Below are positions 58,308-64,000 of a stretch of 64,000 nt of DNA, in pieces (the stretch's first letter is position 1; every line of letters starts with the position of its first letter). The notes under the pieces are model-generated. The model did no database searches. It was not told the origin of the DNA and was given only the letters and a program-made list of their open reading frames with translations. Position numbers and translations under genes: made by a program. Source of the stretch: Candidatus Latescibacterota bacterium. Its GTDB lineage: Bacteria > Latescibacterota > UBA2968 > GCA-2709665. Location of the stretch: contig OZ244937.1 of the NCBI GenBank assembly GCA_965222075.1, positions 224,001 through 288,000 on the forward strand, written 5' to 3'.

Positions 58308-59654
58308 ATGAAGCGGGTAGATATTGCAATCGTACGCCTGGTGTTGTGCCTGGGGATGCTTGGCGCAATTGTCTGCACTCTGGCCAATGCCGCCCGGGCC
58401 CAGGTTGCTCCGGAGATTTTAGGGCTGAGTCCCAATATCAAAGGATTGGGCGCCGATGCCGCGGCGAGATGGCGGGTAATCGACCTGGGGAAGTCCAGAG
58501 GCGGCCCGCTTGCCGGCACCAATTCCTACGGCATCCACGCGGCCGACTTTGACAGGGACGACGATCTCGACCTGGTGGTTGCCTTTCAGGGGGGCGGGGA
58601 GAAGGTGCCGGGCGAGGACAGGGAATATGGCATGGTCTACTGGCTGGAAAACGTGGCTGTTCGGCCGGATTCGGGGGTGGTGTTTCGGATTCACCTGCTG
58701 GACGACCGACAGGTCACGCCGAAGGACGCCGTTGTGCTTGATCCCACGGCCGATGGGAGGAGGGCGGTGGTCATTCCATGCTATCTGTCGGGTGAGACGG
58801 TTCTTTACGAGACCTCCGACGGCAGGGAATGGCAGAAGGTCAGGCTCCGGTCGGAGGGGCTGGAGCTTCCGGTAAGGGCCGTGGTTGCGGATGTTGACGG
58901 AGATAAGAGAGACGATATCGTGGTCACCTCTATTTCGGAATCCGGCGACAAAGTGGGATGGTTCCGTCAAAGGACGGACGGATCACGGTCGTGGGAAGCG
59001 GTGCCGATTCGTCTGGAGTTGCCCCCCCTCATCGGCGTGGACGCGGGGGACGTGGACCGGGACGGGGATATGGACCTTGTTTGCGCCTCGGAGCACGCGC
59101 CCAGGCCCTTTTTGCTGATCAATGTCGATGGGAAGGGGGTTGAATGGGCGCACGCATCCATCCGCGTGGAATCGCCCGATTCGGTGCGCACATGGGTCGC
59201 CCGCTTTTCCGACAAACCCGTCTCCCAGGTCCACGTGCGATTTGTGGACCTGGACGAGGATGGCGACCTGGATTGTGTTGAGACGAGTCTGAGAAATGGG
59301 TATTTGGCCTGGCGAGAGCAGGTCGCGCCTGCGAAGCAATGGAAGTTTCATACGGTCGCGGGTGGGTTGGGGCATGCCTATTCCTTCGATATTGGGGATG
59401 TGGACCGGGATGGCCGGGTGGATCTCGTGGCGCCTTCCGACGGTGGGGACGGGGTCTACGTGTTCCGGAATGTTCGGGGGGACGGGACTGTGTGGGAGGC
59501 GACTCGCCTGGGCGACGGCGCGGGTCTGAACTGGCCGAATATCGTCCGCCTGGCAGATTTCAACGGGGACGGTTACGGCGACATTATGTCCACGGATTGG
59601 GGGACCAGGGCGGTCGTCTGGATCAATCCGTTCGTACCCGCGGCCGGCGACTGA
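58308..59654 (+). CDS. Secreted FG-GAP/VCBS-repeat beta-propeller protein
   Basis: Signal peptide and repeated D-x-D-G/R-D-G-D-x-D calcium-binding loops. Confidence 0.88.
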   Translation: MKRVDIAIVRLVLCLGMLGAIVCTLANAARAQVAPEILGLSPNIKGLGADAAARWRVIDLGKSRGGPLAGTNSYGIHAADFDRDDDLDLVVAFQGGGEKVPGEDREYGMVYWLENVAVRPDSGVVFRIHLLDDRQVTPKDAVVLDPTADGRRAVVIPCYLSGETVLYETSDGREWQKVRLRSEGLELPVRAVVADVDGDKRDDIVVTSISESGDKVGWFRQRTDGSRSWEAVPIRLELPPLIGVDAGDVDRDGDMDLVCASEHAPRPFLLINVDGKGVEWAHASIRVESPDSVRTWVARFSDKPVSQVHVRFVDLDEDGDLDCVETSLRNGYLAWREQVAPAKQWKFHTVAGGLGHAYSFDIGDVDRDGRVDLVAPSDGGDGVYVFRNVRGDGTVWEATRLGDGAGLNWPNIVRLADFNGDGYGDIMSTDWGTRAVVWINPFVPAAGD

Positions 59655-61648
59655 TGCGACTCCGGCCTGAAAGAATCGTTGTGAGTGGCGCGTCGGGGGT
59701 GACGCTCCGGGCGATCGTGTTCGGGCTCTGCATTGCGGTGGCGATGAGCCTGCTGGCCAATACGGCCCGTTATATTCAGAAGGGGTCGTATATGATGGTC
59801 GCACAGGTGCCGATGGGGGTGCTCCTCCTGTGCCTGCTGTCGATCCTGGTCTGCGCTGCGCTGGCCCGGGGGTTCGGACGCCGGTTTGTGCTGTCCCGGT
59901 CGGAGTGGATTACGGTTTTCTGCATGGGGATCATCAGCGCGATCGGTCCCAACTACGGGATCAGCGGCTACCTGGTGGGTATGATGGTGTCGCCGTATTA
60001 TTTCGCGACGCCGGAGAACCAGTGGGCCGAGTACCTCCACCCGTACTTGCCCGGGTGGCTGATTCCCACGAACGACAGCAGGGCAATGACCTGGTTCTAC
60101 GAGGGGCTTCCAAGGGGTGCGTCGATTCCGTGGGACGTCTGGGGACTGCCGCTGGTCTGGTGGTTCTCTTTTGTTTTTGTGCTGGGATTCGCCTGTGTCT
60201 GTCTCTCGGTTCTCCTGCACCGGCAGTGGGCGGACCACGAGAAGCTGGTTTATCCGGCGCTGACACCGATTCTGGAGATGACGGCGGGGTCGGGGTCGGG
60301 GAAGAGGTGGCTGCCTGAGTTCATGCAGGGGAAGGCGTTCTGGGCGGGGTTTGCGGTGACGTCGGTTGTCTTCTGGTGGAATATGATCGCCTGGTTCTAT
60401 CCGATGGTTCCGACCTTTCCGACGGCGACCGGGCGCTTTATCTGGGATCTTTTGCCGAAGCAGTATCCCCCCTTTTTTATCTTCCTGAGCACGCCGGTCA
60501 TCTGTTTTTCCTATTTTGCCAGCCTGGATGTTCTTTTCAGTATCTGGTTTTTCGACTTCGTGTACATGATCGAAGCGGGCGCACTGAACCGGATCGGGAT
60601 CGTGGCCACTTCTCCCCATTACGGAGCGGGACCCTACACGGAGACGACCTACAAGTGGCAGACGGCCGGGGCTTTTGTCACCCTGGTTCTCTGGTGGCTC
60701 TGGATTTCCCGGGGGCACCTCCGCGAGGTCTTTCGGAAGGCGTTTCAGCCGGACCGCTCTTGGGCGGACGACGGCCGGGAACTGCTTTCCTACCGGGTGG
60801 CGGTGATCGGCCTGATTGCCAGTTGTGTGTACATTGCGGCCTGGCTTGGGCAGGTGGGGGTGGAAGTCAAGATGGTCGTGCTGTTGATTCCGACCATGTT
60901 TATTGCCTATCTGTTCGTGGCAAAGGTTGTGGCCGATTCGGGGATTATCTATATTCAGCCGCCTGCCTCGGCCTGGGAGCTTTCCCAGGCTCTGCTGGGG
61001 GGGACGGATCGTCTGAACGCCTCTTCGCGCGCGACGTTCGGTCTGCTGTCGTTCACGGTGGGCCATCCGAGGAGTTTTATTCTGCCGCTGATCGCCCAGA
61101 TCAATCGTCTGGGCGATTTTGTCGGGAGGGACAAGCGCCGGCTTTTCTGGGGGGTTTGGGGGGCGTTTGTTGTGGGGGTGGTGACCTCCACGTTTTACAC
61201 GATCTGGCTGGGCTACAGGATGGGGGCGTACAATTTTCAGCCCAACTGGTTGATTATCCGGGAGGGAGAATGGCAGTACGGGGTGACCGTCAATGAGATC
61301 CTGAACCCGGGCCGGATGGAGGCGATGGACTACTGGTTTTTACTGATCGGGGCCGGGGCGATGGTGATTGTGAATCTGATGCGCTACCGGTTCGCCTGGT
61401 GGCCGTTTCATCCGATTGGGTTCGCCCTCTCCGGCCTCCCGGCGGCGCGACGGATGGGCTCTACCATCCTGGTGGCGTGGCTGGTCAAGCTGGTGATGCT
61501 CAAGGTCGGCGGGGTGTCGTTCTACCGGCGGTCGATGCCGTTTTTCATCGGTATGCTGATCGGCTACACCCTGGCCGTGATGGCAGGGATGGCGGTAGAC
61601 GCGATCTGGTTTCCGGAACGGGGACACGTGGTGCACAAGTGGTATTGA
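59654..61648 (+). CDS. DUF6785/DUF6784-like polytopic membrane protein (putative permease), copy 2
   Basis: ATG overlaps upstream TGA. Colinear with 30601-32607. Confidence 0.82.
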   Translation: MRLRPERIVVSGASGVTLRAIVFGLCIAVAMSLLANTARYIQKGSYMMVAQVPMGVLLLCLLSILVCAALARGFGRRFVLSRSEWITVFCMGIISAIGPNYGISGYLVGMMVSPYYFATPENQWAEYLHPYLPGWLIPTNDSRAMTWFYEGLPRGASIPWDVWGLPLVWWFSFVFVLGFACVCLSVLLHRQWADHEKLVYPALTPILEMTAGSGSGKRWLPEFMQGKAFWAGFAVTSVVFWWNMIAWFYPMVPTFPTATGRFIWDLLPKQYPPFFIFLSTPVICFSYFASLDVLFSIWFFDFVYMIEAGALNRIGIVATSPHYGAGPYTETTYKWQTAGAFVTLVLWWLWISRGHLREVFRKAFQPDRSWADDGRELLSYRVAVIGLIASCVYIAAWLGQVGVEVKMVVLLIPTMFIAYLFVAKVVADSGIIYIQPPASAWELSQALLGGTDRLNASSRATFGLLSFTVGHPRSFILPLIAQINRLGDFVGRDKRRLFWGVWGAFVVGVVTSTFYTIWLGYRMGAYNFQPNWLIIREGEWQYGVTVNEILNPGRMEAMDYWFLLIGAGAMVIVNLMRYRFAWWPFHPIGFALSGLPAARRMGSTILVAWLVKLVMLKVGGVSFYRRSMPFFIGMLIGYTLAVMAGMAVDAIWFPERGHVVHKWY

Positions 61649-61675
61649 TGCACGGCCGGTTGGGTTGCTTTGTGC

Positions 61676-61705
61676 TTGACATCTGGAGGATTTGGGTTGT
61701 AGATT
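61676..61705 (+). promoter_or_regulatory. Putative sigma70 promoter
   Basis: TTGACA-18 nt-TAGATT upstream of the aminotransferase. Confidence 0.5.
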
Positions 61706-61792
61706 GTCGAGTGCATCTTGAAAGGCATTTTTTCAAATGAATTAAGATAAACGGACGACCAGGCTGCGGAGCAAGTGAAAGGGGAAGCGAAG

Positions 61793-62944
61793 ATGGAAAT
61801 CCGAGAGGTGCCCTTTATCTCGATGGGCGGGGTCTACGAGCAGGACGATGTTGAGGCGGTAAACCGGATGATGGCTGCGGTTGCGGAGGAGGGGGGGACG
61901 TTCTTTCCGCTGCCTGAGGAGAACGATTTTCAGAATGTCTTTGCCGAGCACGAGGGGGCCAGAAAGGCGATTGCGGTCAATTCCTGCGGCACGGGGCTGG
62001 ATTGCTGTATGATGGCGCTGGGCATCGGGGAGGGGGACGAGGTGATTACGACGCCCCTGACTTTTGTTTGTACGGCCGGGACCGCTATTGCCCAGGGCGC
62101 CAGGGTCGTTCTTGCCGATATCGATCCGGTGAGTCTGAATTTAGATCCGGACAGGGTGAGAGAAAAGATTACACCTCATACCCGGGCGGTTGTTCCGGTG
62201 CACTTTGCCGGTCTGGCGTGCGATGTGAACGCGTTCGACCGGATTACGGAGGAGACCGGGGTGCCGATGATTTACGATGCGGCGCATGCGGTGGGGACCA
62301 AACACCAGGGCCGGCCGGTTGGCGGGCGGGGAAAGGCTTCGTGTTACAGTTTTCAGAGCAATAAGAATATGACGTGTCTGGGCGAGGGGGGAGCGGTGAC
62401 GACGGACGACGAGGCGTTTGCCGAGCAGGTCCGGCAGCTCAAGACGTTCGGGTACGTTTACGGGGGACAGGGGACACGGGTGGTGCGGGTGGGGTTCAAC
62501 TACCGGATGACCAAGGCGCAGTACGCGGTTGGTCTCACACAGCTGGCCAAGATCGACAGCGTGATTCAGGTCCGGCAGGAACGGATGGTCCGGCTCAACG
62601 CGCTGCTGGCCGGTGTGGAGGAGATTATTCTGCCCGCGGGCCACGGCCCGGACCATGGGAGCCATTTGCACGTGGTCCGGCTGGATACCGACAGGGTGGG
62701 GTTTTCGACGGAGGCGTTCGTCGCCCATCTGAAGGATCAGTACAAGGTGGGCACGGCGAAGCATTATCCGCCGGTGTGGTCCTGGGAGGCGCTTCAGGAG
62801 CTGGGATATAACGGCGAGGGCTGCCCGATTGCGGCGAAGGTGTGTGAGCAGGTGGTGAGTACGCCGGTGTTTCCGGGGACGACCGAGGAGGATCTGGTCT
62901 ATCTTGCGTGGGCGATCAAGCAGACAATTTCGGACCTGGGTTAG
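61793..62944 (+). CDS. DegT/DnrJ/EryC1/StrS family PLP-dependent aminotransferase
   Basis: AVNSCGTGL, GDEVITTPLTF, DAAHAVG, SFQSNKNMTCLGEGG, GFNYRM. Confidence 0.93.
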   Translation: MEIREVPFISMGGVYEQDDVEAVNRMMAAVAEEGGTFFPLPEENDFQNVFAEHEGARKAIAVNSCGTGLDCCMMALGIGEGDEVITTPLTFVCTAGTAIAQGARVVLADIDPVSLNLDPDRVREKITPHTRAVVPVHFAGLACDVNAFDRITEETGVPMIYDAAHAVGTKHQGRPVGGRGKASCYSFQSNKNMTCLGEGGAVTTDDEAFAEQVRQLKTFGYVYGGQGTRVVRVGFNYRMTKAQYAVGLTQLAKIDSVIQVRQERMVRLNALLAGVEEIILPAGHGPDHGSHLHVVRLDTDRVGFSTEAFVAHLKDQYKVGTAKHYPPVWSWEALQELGYNGEGCPIAAKVCEQVVSTPVFPGTTEEDLVYLAWAIKQTISDLG

Positions 62945-63006
62945 CGTGAAAGCACCATGAAAACGCCACGGAACCCACAGGGGGGCCTTCATTGACAGGA
63001 GGAGAG

Positions 63007-64000
63007 ATGGACAATGTGAGATGGCTGCTGGTGGGCGCGGGAGATATTGCACGCAAGCGGGTGGCTGCGGCCCTGGCGGGGGCGGCGGATTCGGAGATTG
63101 TGGCGGTTTGTGATATGGTTGAGGAGAATGCCGAAGCGCTGGCATCCGAATACGGGCTGTCGGAGGTTTTCAGGGATCTGGACGAGGCGCTGGAGAAGAC
63201 ATCGGCGGATGCGGTTTACGTGGCAACGCCGGTGTGGCTGCACGTTCAACATGCGGTTCAGGCCCTGGAAGCGGATAAGCATGTGCTGGTGGAAAAGCCC
63301 TTAGGGGTGACGGGCGAGGAATGTACGCGAGCCATCGCCGCGGCCGAGCAAAGCAAGAGGCGGGCCGGATGTTCCTACTTTCGTCGGTTCTTTCCCGCCT
63401 ATCACCAGGCGCGGGAGATGATCGAGAAGGGCGAGTTTGGGCAGATCGTCCTGGTGCGCATGGTCTATTTTTCCTGGTTCAGCCCAACAGAGGACGATCC
63501 CAAACGCTGGCGTGTTTTTCGTGAGAGGTCGGGGGGGGGACCCATCAGCGATATGGGCACGCATATGTTCGATGTGATGATTGGGCTGCTGGGGATGCCG
63601 GTGTCGGTGTACGCCAGATGTGAGAACCTGGTGCAGAAGTGGGATGTGGAGGACTGCGCGGGCATTGTGATGACGCTGCGGAACGGCGCGCTGGTCACGG
63701 CGTCGTTCAGCTGGAGTTCCAAAACGTGGCGACACGAGTTCGAGATTGTGGGGACCGAGGCCAAGGTGTACTGGCATCCTTACGATTCCGGAGAGGTGGT
63801 CAAGACGGTCGGCCGGCAGGTCGATACGCTGGATCTGACGCCTGCCGAGAACGTGCACGAGCCGATCGTCCAGGATTTTGTGCAGGCGGTCCGGGAGGGC
63901 CGGCAGCCGGTCTGCCCGCTTGCCGAGGCGGCCAAGACCAATGTGCTGCTGGATGCGATCTATCAATCGGCGGCGGAGAATCGGGAGGTAGAGCTAAGCT
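63007..64000 (+). CDS. Gfo/Idh/MocA family oxidoreductase, 3' end runs off window (absent from supplied ORF track)
   Basis: MDNVRWLLVGAGDIARKRV...DAVYVATP..LH...KHVLVEKP...SGGGPISDMGTH. RBS AGGAGG. No stop before 64000. Confidence 0.9.
   Translation, partial: MDNVRWLLVGAGDIARKRVAAALAGAADSEIVAVCDMVEENAEALASEYGLSEVFRDLDEALEKTSADAVYVATPVWLHVQHAVQALEADKHVLVEKPLGVTGEECTRAIAAAEQSKRRAGCSYFRRFFPAYHQAREMIEKGEFGQIVLVRMVYFSWFSPTEDDPKRWRVFRERSGGGPISDMGTHMFDVMIGLLGMPVSVYARCENLVQKWDVEDCAGIVMTLRNGALVTASFSWSSKTWRHEFEIVGTEAKVYWHPYDSGEVVKTVGRQVDTLDLTPAENVHEPIVQDFVQAVREGRQPVCPLAEAAKTNVLLDAIYQSAAENREVELS

Noticed and set aside
63531-63539. G9 run inside the last oxidoreductase
   Set aside because: It encodes the conserved SGGG motif in frame, with no sign of phase variation.

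Overview
High-GC bacterial DNA. Every credible CDS (about 40) lies on the + strand. The window is a catabolic island rich in paralogs: six sulfatase-family genes (four are near-sister copies with a non-canonical active site), three PhyH-like Fe(II)/2OG oxygenases with HxG instead of HxD/E, two PHP/DUF3604-like metallohydrolases, two DUF6785-like polytopic membrane proteins, two copies of an unknown ~280-aa protein, alpha/beta-hydrolases, lyase-like, deacetylase-like and sugar oxidoreductase genes. At its centre is a promoter-led module of TonB-dependent receptor, large secreted protein with a T9SS-type C-terminal domain, and PorV-like barrel, followed by a DUF6785-like permease. This looks like a SusCD-independent uptake locus and is my best candidate for an undescribed system. 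Gene content (GWxTD/TPR protein, PorV, CTD cargo, PhyH and sulfatase expansion) suggests an FCB-group candidate phylum such as Latescibacterota; this is inference only. Intergenic DNA holds many gene scars: a collapsed duplicate of the 43.3-48.5 kb block and an inverted remnant of a third PHP-like gene. There is also a nested IS/MITE/REP structure with readable target-site duplications, several palindromic elements and a G13 tract. I saw no rRNA, tRNA or CRISPR array. All family assignments come from motif recognition by eye, not database searches.
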